DNA of 64,000 nucleotides from a virus (Duplodnaviria > Caudoviricetes), in the IMG/VR virus record IMGVR_UViG_3300027898_000001, one strand, 5' to 3'. The notes beneath the pieces were generated by a model. It saw only the letters and a program-made list of their open reading frames with translations, was not told the DNA's origin and ran no database searches. The position numbers and the translations under genes were made by a program. This document shows positions 56,824-64,000 of this stretch, one piece after another (positions within the stretch are counted from its first letter, which is position 1; each line of letters begins with the position of its first letter).

Positions 56824-57210
56824 TTACTCATATTTCCTATCGAAATGTAGCATTAAGGTATGATACGTTCTAAGACCACCGTTTAACACTACACATCTAT
56901 AAACACCTAGAGCCTTAGCAATCGACAATAAATGTTGAATTGAATTGTAGCCAAGACATTTAGATAGAAACTGGATATCATACGTTTGAAATGTAAATAC
57001 ATGCTTGTCTAATGTGAGTGAATAATGAATTGCAGTATTTGTTCTATCCATATCAGAAAGTAGTTGCATAAAATCTGATATGGAGTCGTATCCGAAGTTT
57101 TCAACATCATCGCTACAGTCGCGTTTTGGAAAGCGTTTTAAACCTTCATTAAACTCTGCAATTTCTACTTGCCAAGCACTAGGCGATTGATACTCTATGT
57201 AGTCGGTCAT
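56824..57210 (-). CDS. Hypothetical protein, LGY-repeat family member 3
   Basis: ENFGYDSISDFM ... SKCLGYNS; ATG at 57210 preferred. Confidence 0.65.
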   Translation of the reverse strand: MTDYIEYQSPSAWQVEIAEFNEGLKRFPKRDCSDDVENFGYDSISDFMQLLSDMDRTNTAIHYSLTLDKHVFTFQTYDIQFLSKCLGYNSIQHLLSIAKALGVYRCVVLNGGLRTYHTLMLHFDRKYE

Positions 57211-57215
57211 ACAAC

Positions 57216-57557
57216 TTACTCCAGTATTTCTACTTTGCGTACAACGTATTGTGGACGACACCAAGAGAATCTGCGTGTATCATAGACAACTTTAACTAAC
57301 TTACCATTATCTTTTGCTTTTACAATAGAATCCACTAATTGTGCAGGCACTTCCATATCCATATCCTGTGTTGACATCGAACCTACACCGTTGCGGACAA
57401 CACCTAAAGATAAGGATACTTCAGAGAAGTCATCACAGATAATAGGTGTTTTATTAGTTACAAACTTAACTTGGCCAGTTAAATCATTAGAACGTGAAGA
57501 ATAACCACAGCTGCTTGTCAACAAAATAACTAGAACTAAACATAAATACTTTTTCAT
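57216..57557 (-). CDS. Lipoprotein
   Basis: MKKYLCLVLVILLTSS-C lipobox. Confidence 0.75.
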   Translation of the reverse strand: MKKYLCLVLVILLTSSCGYSSRSNDLTGQVKFVTNKTPIICDDFSEVSLSLGVVRNGVGSMSTQDMDMEVPAQLVDSIVKAKDNGKLVKVVYDTRRFSWCRPQYVVRKVEILE

Positions 57558-57603
57558 AATAAACACCTATAAATAATTGAATTGAATACGGTTTATAAAA
57601 GTT

Positions 57604-58059
57604 TTATTCCCCACCTCCGCCAGAATCGCCAGAATCACCACTATCCGTACTACCACCACTTGTATCAACTTCTGTAGAAGTGCCTGAGGCGGTATCGACA
57701 TTTTCAAAATCCAACTCTAGTTGTTCTGTCATCTGACCTGTTTCAAAGTCTATCTCGGATACAGTTTCAGAGTGTTCTTGTTCTTCAACATCTGCTGGTA
57801 CTTTACCACTAGATACGGGTGTTGGTGAAATATTGTTGTACGAGGTAATACGAGAAGTGTTGGTATAGTACGCAACAGGTGCACTCGTTGCGCTATCATA
57901 TCGAGTTGACTCATAAAACATGTAGTAGTACATGTAACTACCATCATCTAAAACTTTCTTAGATTCTACAACATGCGCCTTGTGGTGATGTTGGTGATGC
58001 TGTTCACTACAACCTACAAGCAGCAAAGATAGCAACAAATATTTAATCATGCGAATCAT
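57604..58059 (-). CDS. His-rich lipoprotein with an acidic/Gly-Ser tail
   Basis: LLLVG-C lipobox followed by SEQHHQHHHKAH; ends GGSTDSGDSGDSGGGE. Confidence 0.75.
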   Translation of the reverse strand: MIRMIKYLLLSLLLVGCSEQHHQHHHKAHVVESKKVLDDGSYMYYYMFYESTRYDSATSAPVAYYTNTSRITSYNNISPTPVSSGKVPADVEEQEHSETVSEIDFETGQMTEQLELDFENVDTASGTSTEVDTSGGSTDSGDSGDSGGGGE

Positions 58060-58573
58060 GTTTAGTTTCCTTGTGTAAATCATGTTCAATGCGTTCACCC
58101 AACAAGTGCAAATATTCAATCACACTTAGTGCAATTGCACCTATTAGGAATACAATGAATATGGTTAAATGTTTTGTACTGATTGCAGGCTCAAGGGAGT
58201 CTGTAACGTAATCCCTTAACAAACCCATACCACTAACGATAATGATTGAAGTCATAATCTTTATCTTCAACATACCACTACTGATACGTTCATTAGCATG
58301 TCCGTGATCTTTGCATATAAACGAATTATACGAACCAGTAATAATCATCTTGATAAGATTAGCGATCATCACGGTATCCGCAAAATCCAATGCTACAATT
58401 TTCATCTGCTCTACAGTGCTTGGTACATTTAGAACCATGCGCCACACTTCGAGCAAGAATACATAACCAGTTTGACCCAACACTACAACTAATGCAAGAT
58501 AAAATAACGGCAGTACCCATTTAATGTTAAAAATAACGTCTTCGACTAACTTCTTTACATGTGGTTTATTCAT
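58043..58573 (-). CDS. yqhA: UPF0114/YqhA-family inner membrane protein
   Basis: W+L.P.YL.L+..L...L...D..+IANL+.M+I.G.Y..F+....LK.K+..SI+.+S...LL..+. Confidence 0.75.
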   Translation of the reverse strand: MNKPHVKKLVEDVIFNIKWVLPLFYLALVVVLGQTGYVFLLEVWRMVLNVPSTVEQMKIVALDFADTVMIANLIKMIITGSYNSFICKDHGHANERISSGMLKIKIMTSIIIVSGMGLLRDYVTDSLEPAISTKHLTIFIVFLIGAIALSVIEYLHLLGERIEHDLHKETKHDSHD

Positions 58574-58576
58574 AGT

Positions 58577-58828
58577 CTACCCTAACAGTTCTTCAGATGG
58601 GAATTCAATTCTTTCTTGTAATTGCTTAGCAGGAATGTGTGTACCTGTAATAACTTTTGTACGCGCAATTTTACCATCAACAACACCAAAAATATGTTTC
58701 TCGACTTTGTCAGGTACTTGCATACCATTACCGTACCTTGTCATAGAAGGGTAACGATACACTACTTCCAATTCACCCTTATCGTTTGGAAATACACTAA
58801 CTACTCTTGCATTGTTTGTATCAAACAT
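58577..58828 (-). CDS. Hypothetical protein
   Basis: 83-aa ORF, coupled. Confidence 0.7.
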   Translation of the reverse strand: MFDTNNARVVSVFPNDKGELEVVYRYPSMTRYGNGMQVPDKVEKHIFGVVDGKIARTKVITGTHIPAKQLQERIEFPSEELLG

Positions 58829-59555
58829 GATTTGTATATCCTAAACTGTAGCGAGATTCACAATGTTTACAATCAAACATTAAGTAAGCCGCTTTATTGT
58901 TTGCAAGATTTACCACATCAATCGGTAAAGTATCTTCCGAATTCAACTTAGTACCTGTGCCACATTTAGCACAAATTAATTCCCAAGTATATCGAATAGA
59001 AGAAGTGGGAGTTCTATACATGGAACCTATCTGTTTTCTTTGCAGATTAACAAGATTGGCTAATATTGCTTCGGCATGGTACATACTATCTACAGGCTTG
59101 GGTTCAGCTTTCATAAGATTCTTATCATCATACGTTGTACCATCGTATGATTTCATAAAATATTTATCAGTTGATTCGTTATGTGTAACGATAGCTAGTA
59201 AAAGGTCTCTCAATATTGTTCTGTATTCATAAGCTCCTGTAGTAGTTTTCATTCTGTAGTATCTAAATTCATCCTTATCAAATACTTTGTAAGGACGGTC
59301 AAGCTCTACGAATGTAGACTCACTTACATATATAGGTAGCATCGTCACCATATACATGGATTTGGTTTGACAAGCCGTGCATTTGTAATGCAAACAACCG
59401 TCAGCATCTTCACCCAAATACTTACCAACGTTGTCTGTGAAGTACCACTTATTACAAGAATGGCATTTTGTATCCCAGCCTTGTTTCTTTAACGTATCTT
59501 CATGTTGCTGCTTCCATTTATAGTCAGCATACCACAGTTTGATTTTATTTAACAT
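58821..59555 (-). CDS. Protein with two zinc-ribbon motifs
   Basis: CHSC..CTAC and CAKC..CKHC. Confidence 0.75.
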   Translation of the reverse strand: MLNKIKLWYADYKWKQQHEDTLKKQGWDTKCHSCNKWYFTDNVGKYLGEDADGCLHYKCTACQTKSMYMVTMLPIYVSESTFVELDRPYKVFDKDEFRYYRMKTTTGAYEYRTILRDLLLAIVTHNESTDKYFMKSYDGTTYDDKNLMKAEPKPVDSMYHAEAILANLVNLQRKQIGSMYRTPTSSIRYTWELICAKCGTGTKLNSEDTLPIDVVNLANNKAAYLMFDCKHCESRYSLGYTNHV

Positions 59556-59719
59556 ATATCACCTTACTTAAAATTCAATTACATAATAGGAAGTTTTACT
59601 GTCAATGGAATTATTAGATTATTGGTTTTTAATTGCTATCGGTAGGATATTTTGTAGCTGTTGGAAGTATAAGCAGGATAGTTCTAGGTTTTTCAAAGCG
59701 TGTTTTTGTTTAACACATA

Positions 59720-59753
59720 TTTTGGCTATCTTACACTAAGAATATAGCCAAAA
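59720..59753. terminator. Hairpin, probable terminator of the upstream minus-strand operon
   Basis: TTTTGGCTAT / ATAGCCAAAA stem with an inner TCTTA/TAAGA pair. Confidence 0.55.
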
Positions 59754-59765
59754 ATATTTATTCTC

Positions 59766-60086
59766 CTATACGGTAGCTGTAGGTATATTGTGTTTTGTGA
59801 ACATCTCCATCGATGTTGAGTATATATCCTCTATAGTCCTAACACCGTACATGTGAAAGTGTTTCAATCTGGTTAAACGATTATTGTTTAGCAGATAGGC
59901 TTCAACGTACCGTCTAATCTGTTCAGATGTTGTATGGAAGTTTGTAGCACCTTTTATAGTACCATTAGATGTCAGCTTAACATGCAATTCAGTTGTGTTA
60001 CCACTGTTATACGCCCACATGTGCAGTTCTTCTTTTGTAGGACAACCTAATATTTCAATTGTTTTGACAGTAGTTCGTATCAGCAT
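59766..60086 (-). CDS. Hypothetical protein
   Basis: 106-aa ORF. Confidence 0.65.
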   Translation of the reverse strand: MLIRTTVKTIEILGCPTKEELHMWAYNSGNTTELHVKLTSNGTIKGATNFHTTSEQIRRYVEAYLLNNNRLTRLKHFHMYGVRTIEDIYSTSMEMFTKHNIPTATV

Positions 60087-60571
60087 TCTTGCACACTCTC
60101 TGTCTCAACTGCTCGAAAGAATTTTGCTTCCAACAGTTCACCTTCTATTTGTAGGAACATATTACCATATATGTCGCGGAATACAAACTCAGTCTTGTAG
60201 ATTTTACCTCTATACTGTGGATAGGGGCCGGTGTATCGTAACTCTTTATTCCACAATTCAGTGTAAGCATAATTATCATGTAACTTAAGTACACTTAAGT
60301 TTGGCTTCACACCTCTTGCCAATTTACCGAACGCATGATGTAAGGTATGTGCATTAATTAAATCAGAAGACTGATAAGTTGAAAGGATTTCATCCTGTAA
60401 TTCTACTATTTGATTTGATATGTTATCGTTCTTTCTATCCATGTGCATAGTGTGGATGGATTCTATGATGCGAATAATACCATTAACACAAATAATTACA
60501 AGTGTTGCCATTGCAAGCACAAATAACAAATTTAGTTTTAATTCCAAACTCACCATATCTAAATGGGTCAT
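60080..60571 (-). CDS. Membrane-anchored hypothetical protein
   Basis: N-terminal TM. Confidence 0.7.
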   Translation of the reverse strand: MTHLDMVSLELKLNLLFVLAMATLVIICVNGIIRIIESIHTMHMDRKNDNISNQIVELQDEILSTYQSSDLINAHTLHHAFGKLARGVKPNLSVLKLHDNYAYTELWNKELRYTGPYPQYRGKIYKTEFVFRDIYGNMFLQIEGELLEAKFFRAVETESVQEC

Positions 60572-61038
60572 TATGCTATTCTCCGAAGTTTAACAGTAGG
60601 CACTAAAGCGCCAGTACGTTCTAATAGAGCAAAATATTTACCGTGTTTATCCCTAAGAATAGTTTTCACAACAACGATCTGTTTCCATTCATACTTCTTA
60701 CCATCAGGGCCTGTCCAATCATTAACAAACTCGCAAGGTCCCGATAACGTATTATATCCAGCATTAGAATCGCTTAAACGTGACAACATGTTATGTATGT
60801 TATAGTGGTTGTCGTCATGTTCATTCGATACTAATAATCTCAAAATAATATTTAACACATTGACATTTACGGTATCATTTTCCTTGGTACTAGAGTTAAT
60901 TTCACTGCGTACAACTTTAATTCTATCCAGCAAAGTATTGTGTTTTTCAAGAAGGTTATTGTAGTTCTTGTTATAGAAAATAGCTGCAATAATCACAGCT
61001 GCCAATAATAAGATTACGAAAATTCCCCACAACATCAT
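60571..61038 (-). CDS. Membrane-anchored hypothetical protein
   Basis: N-terminal TM then coiled coil. Confidence 0.7.
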   Translation of the reverse strand: MMLWGIFVILLLAAVIIAAIFYNKNYNNLLEKHNTLLDRIKVVRSEINSSTKENDTVNVNVLNIILRLLVSNEHDDNHYNIHNMLSRLSDSNAGYNTLSGPCEFVNDWTGPDGKKYEWKQIVVVKTILRDKHGKYFALLERTGALVPTVKLRRIA

Positions 61039-61331
61039 ACATTCTCCAAATATTCTAATGGTACGGCTATAGTTACGTACCGATACAGTTTATCTTGACA
61101 CGCTACTCTGTGTACAATTAAACCGAAGTACCTGTTATTCAAATCTGTTACAATGTGAGGCAGCTGCACAACCTCACCGGCATTAAGCACACTGAAATCT
61201 ATACGCACTCTAACCGGACCTAGTCGTACGGGTCCACGTTTTACTTTTAACCAGATGAGGAGATTCACCATACTAGATAGTGAAAGTAGTATGAATATGA
61301 AAGTCCATAAAAAGTTTGAGAACATACTCAT
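61035..61331 (-). CDS. Membrane-anchored hypothetical protein
   Basis: N-terminal TM. Confidence 0.65.
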   Translation of the reverse strand: MSMFSNFLWTFIFILLSLSSMVNLLIWLKVKRGPVRLGPVRVRIDFSVLNAGEVVQLPHIVTDLNNRYFGLIVHRVACQDKLYRYVTIAVPLEYLENV

Positions 61332-61765
61332 TCCTCTTTCAAACTTGTGCCATGGTACATTGGAACGGGACCATGCACATAGAATCGTGAGTGTGTTTCA
61401 TACGACCAAATTTCTTGACCGAAATATTTCCAACTACCTTTTAACTTGCATTGCTCGATAGTTTGTTCTCCAGTTTGCTTTGAAATAAGATAATAAAATT
61501 TACCTACTTCAAATTCATCCGCTTTTAATACCTGAGGCACATAAAAATGTTTACACAGATCATTTAGTGCTTTTTCTTTTTCGTCATCTAACACTAAATG
61601 TATAATACCATTTGGATATACAATAGAGTGTATACATCGGTCTTGATTAGATTCTACGCCTCGACTGTCTTTACTGCGCGTAATGAACGGACCTTTACGA
61701 GTTAGTGGATTAGAATAGTAAAATCCGTCAGGTCTACTATTTTCTAATGTTGGATCGTTTATCAT
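61328..61765 (-). CDS. Hypothetical protein
   Basis: 145 aa, GAGAG RBS, preceded by the promoter-like 14-mer. Confidence 0.7.
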   Translation of the reverse strand: MINDPTLENSRPDGFYYSNPLTRKGPFITRSKDSRGVESNQDRCIHSIVYPNGIIHLVLDDEKEKALNDLCKHFYVPQVLKADEFEVGKFYYLISKQTGEQTIEQCKLKGSWKYFGQEIWSYETHSRFYVHGPVPMYHGTSLKEE

Positions 61766-61785
61766 AGTATTTCTCTCATATACAC

Positions 61786-61799
61786 TTATTTACAGTTTT
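61786..61799 (-). promoter_or_regulatory. Putative phage promoter AAAACTGTAAATAA
   Basis: Identical to 18557-18570 at the same spacing to the ATG; overlaps the last codons of the upstream ORF. Confidence 0.45.
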
Positions 61800-62016
61800 C
61801 GCAATAAACTACTTTTGCAATTATAGGTCGATTTACATGCAAATAAAGCTCAGAAGCAGGTAATCTATTATTTGGAAGCGTAAAAGGTGGTCTACCTAAA
61901 TCACCATACCAAGTACATATAGCAGCATAAGTAGGATTACGATAAAACCATTTATTGCACTGAATGCAGCGCCACTTTTTGTGTACACGAAAGCTGGCTA
62001 ATAAATTTTCTTCCAT
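61786..62016 (-). CDS. Small zinc-finger protein
   Basis: CIQC ... CENC; overlaps the Bcs1-like gene by 65 nt. Confidence 0.5.
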   Translation of the reverse strand: MEENLLASFRVHKKWRCIQCNKWFYRNPTYAAICTWYGDLGRPPFTLPNNRLPASELYLHVNRPIIAKVVYCENCK

Positions 62017-63304
62017 CGAATTTATTCCTAGAAAATAACTTGTGTAATTCACAGCCCATTATAGGACAGAATTCTAAATTCGCGTATACGGAATAGTCTA
62101 TCTCTGGGTACATAACTGCTATATAGCGTTTTATTAGTGGTGGGGTCAGTGCAGTTATTTCTAACTTCAAATCAACTCGACCACTTCTTAATACAGCAGC
62201 ATCAACTTGTTCTAAGTGATTGGTAGTCATAAACGTAATAACACCATCTATAGGGATAATACCATCGAACGCATTTAGAACACCACTTATAGTTAGCGGT
62301 TGAAACATAGGAATTTCAGAACCTTCTTCCTTAGGTTTCTCTACGATGTACATACCATCATCATTTGTATCTTGTTTCTCTTGTCGGGATTGTACAGCAG
62401 AAGTACCTTCAAAATCCTCTATCAGTAGAAAAGAATTTTTAGGTATAGATGATATGGCTTTTGCCAGAGAAATATCACTCAATGTAGATAGATTGAGAGA
62501 GTAAATGTTTCTATTGTAATGACTCGCAAGCGCGCGAATCAATGATGTTTTACCACCTCCAGGTGAACCATAAAGTACGATTGTGGATTTAGGTGCGAAG
62601 CCTCGATCAATGTACCACTTTCTGTTGTTGGTTACAAACTCAATCTCACTCTTAATACTGTTTAAAACACTATCATCCATTATAACCGTTTCTAAACTTC
62701 GTGGAAATACTGATGATGTTAATTCCCAACTACTATTAATGTAATTAAAAACATGATTAGCTTTAGTATCGAATTTCAATGCAAACTTATCACCCAGCTT
62801 AATGATAGTTTTATTTGTAAGTCCAAATGTGTAGATTATTATTTCTTCCTTTAGTTTCTCAGCACCAGAAGATTCCAACCGTTTTAATACGAACCAATAC
62901 AGCTTACCTTTGTCGAAGAATATGTGTGTACCTAAACCTGGTCCAGTTACTGTATCTAAAAATGATTCCTCTAGACCTGCTCTGCCTTCACGTACTAGAT
63001 TCAAGTCGTTGCGCTTGCTAAAATACCCTGAGTGCATTGCAACTGATTTAGAAAACTTAAACCATTTTGTGCTGCTGAACCACATTAGAAAATCTCTGTA
63101 CTGCATTTCTTGCCAATAATGGCCAGTTGCATTTGAAATAGATACAGATACAACTAGATTACGCACAATGAGCCCATAGAATATTTTAGGCAACCATCGA
63201 AGTAAAAGTGTACTTACGGTTATTGCCCAGACTGAAATAATACCACCAATTACTGGATTTGTTTTTAACAGTTCTGAGTACCAATGTCCAATCTCAATCA
63301 ACAT
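61952..63304 (-). CDS. Membrane-anchored Bcs1-like AAA+ ATPase
   Basis: N-terminal TM, R.LETV+, Walker A GSPGGGKT, Walker B LLIEDF, T+SG+LN..DG, MTTNH...D.A+LR.GRVD. Confidence 0.9.
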   Translation of the reverse strand: MLIEIGHWYSELLKTNPVIGGIISVWAITVSTLLLRWLPKIFYGLIVRNLVVSVSISNATGHYWQEMQYRDFLMWFSSTKWFKFSKSVAMHSGYFSKRNDLNLVREGRAGLEESFLDTVTGPGLGTHIFFDKGKLYWFVLKRLESSGAEKLKEEIIIYTFGLTNKTIIKLGDKFALKFDTKANHVFNYINSSWELTSSVFPRSLETVIMDDSVLNSIKSEIEFVTNNRKWYIDRGFAPKSTIVLYGSPGGGKTSLIRALASHYNRNIYSLNLSTLSDISLAKAISSIPKNSFLLIEDFEGTSAVQSRQEKQDTNDDGMYIVEKPKEEGSEIPMFQPLTISGVLNAFDGIIPIDGVITFMTTNHLEQVDAAVLRSGRVDLKLEITALTPPLIKRYIAVMYPEIDYSVYANLEFCPIMGCELHKLFSRNKFDGRKFISQLSCTQKVALHSVQ

Positions 63305-63958
63305 TTATACTGCTCCATTTTCTAGTGATAATACAGCGACTTTTTCAGGTACTGCTTTACAAATAACTTTACGAGTGATTTTAGCTGTTTGGTTTGGTTC
63401 GTCTAATACTACATCTATAGTCGATTCGTAAACACCAACATTAGCGCCCAACAGTACGGCTAGATGTTTTTGAAACTTGTGGCTAGGGTGTTCAAATGCG
63501 TCTGTGCGTACTTCTATATTTCTACCATTTATGGTAAGATTACCTAGAATACCATTACACACATATTCATATTTTGTTATAGGATCGAACGCCCTTGTCA
63601 GGGCATCATTTGTAAGGAAGTCTGACCACACAGAAGCATTTAGAAATAATGTTGATGGTAATTCTACAGCGTCACACATTTTAATAATGGTGCTGTAGTC
63701 AAATACTTTTGTAGTGAATTTATGCGCAGCTACTTCGAAGGATTCTGACATAACACGATTTTCTAATGGGGCACCCACACGGTAAGATAGATCAATATAG
63801 GCGTCTTCTACCTCGTTAGTCGTGTATTTAACGTCCAGAATAAATGGTTCTGATCTGGAATCAATTGGCGTTTCACTTTTGGTGAATACGTGGCGCATGT
63901 GACTACTTTTTAATTCTTCTGAAACTTGAATGATGTGATTAGATTGTATATTTAACAT
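63305..63958 (-). CDS. Truncated major-capsid-protein-like paralogue (HK97-fold fragment)
   Basis: LFLNASVWSDFL.....AFDP+TK.E....G.LG.+....+.TDAF.HP.HK recalls the jumbo-phage MCP A-domain; only 217 aa. Confidence 0.55.
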   Translation of the reverse strand: MLNIQSNHIIQVSEELKSSHMRHVFTKSETPIDSRSEPFILDVKYTTNEVEDAYIDLSYRVGAPLENRVMSESFEVAAHKFTTKVFDYSTIIKMCDAVELPSTLFLNASVWSDFLTNDALTRAFDPITKYEYVCNGILGNLTINGRNIEVRTDAFEHPSHKFQKHLAVLLGANVGVYESTIDVVLDEPNQTAKITRKVICKAVPEKVAVLSLENGAV

Positions 63959-64000
63959 TATGCTTTTCCTATTTTGATTGATATAACTATTACAACTAAC

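Noticed and set aside
59556-59765. Third copy of the RNA element in this 210-nt gap
   Set aside because: None of the four conserved blocks is present; only a terminator-like hairpin and AT-rich sequence.
1-64000. Many 60-125-aa antisense or nested ORFs in the supplied track (e.g. 117-467, 7030-7392, 22490-22870, 36449-36757, 54358-54804)
   Set aside because: They lie wholly opposite or inside long, motif-bearing genes, lack RBSs and reflect codon bias of the real strand.
1-64000. Stop-codon reassignment as seen in some jumbo phages
   Set aside because: Conserved genes are full-length in code 11, and TAG, TGA and TAA all end genes immediately before the next RBS or ATG.

Overview
A 64-kb, AT-rich (roughly 35-40% GC by eye), densely coding segment of a large tailed phage with a contractile tail, in standard genetic code. 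I found no tRNA, CRISPR array, reverse transcriptase or transposase. Layout: 1-14792 (+) fibre/whisker-like structural genes plus tmk and a type IB topoisomerase-like gene; 14775-18535 (-) a small island with thyA; 18625-47709 (+) a T4-like baseplate module (PAAR spike tip, gp25, gp6, a 2262-aa wedge/Ig/propeller fusion), tail-collar fibre, four collagen-like proteins, many fibre paralogues and a lysis cassette with an M15 peptidase endolysin; 47669-64000 (-) accessory and host-takeover genes. The gene set recalls the 'hairy' jumbo myoviruses (Erwinia Y3, Dickeya JA11/AD1, Pseudomonas PaBG/Lu11, Ralstonia RSL1-like), which is inference from memory and not a search result. The host is probably a gamma- or betaproteobacterium (SspB, long DUF1289, YqhA). 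Most notable: (1) two homologous ~280-nt structured non-coding elements at 50.1-50.4 and 51.4-51.6 kb that I cannot assign to a known RNA family; (2) a GroEL apical-domain-only 'minichaperone' fused to a Cys/His motif; (3) two SspB-like ClpX adaptors with intact tails, sitting with capsid-fold fragments and a Bcs1-like AAA ATPase in a possible proteostasis-hijack module; (4) an N-terminal M-x(1-3)-[IFL]-S-[LM]-S motif on five unrelated late ORFs, including the topoisomerase, which may be a capsid-targeting signal; (5) four collagens that each carry a Cys in exactly the 10th Gly-X-Y triplet.
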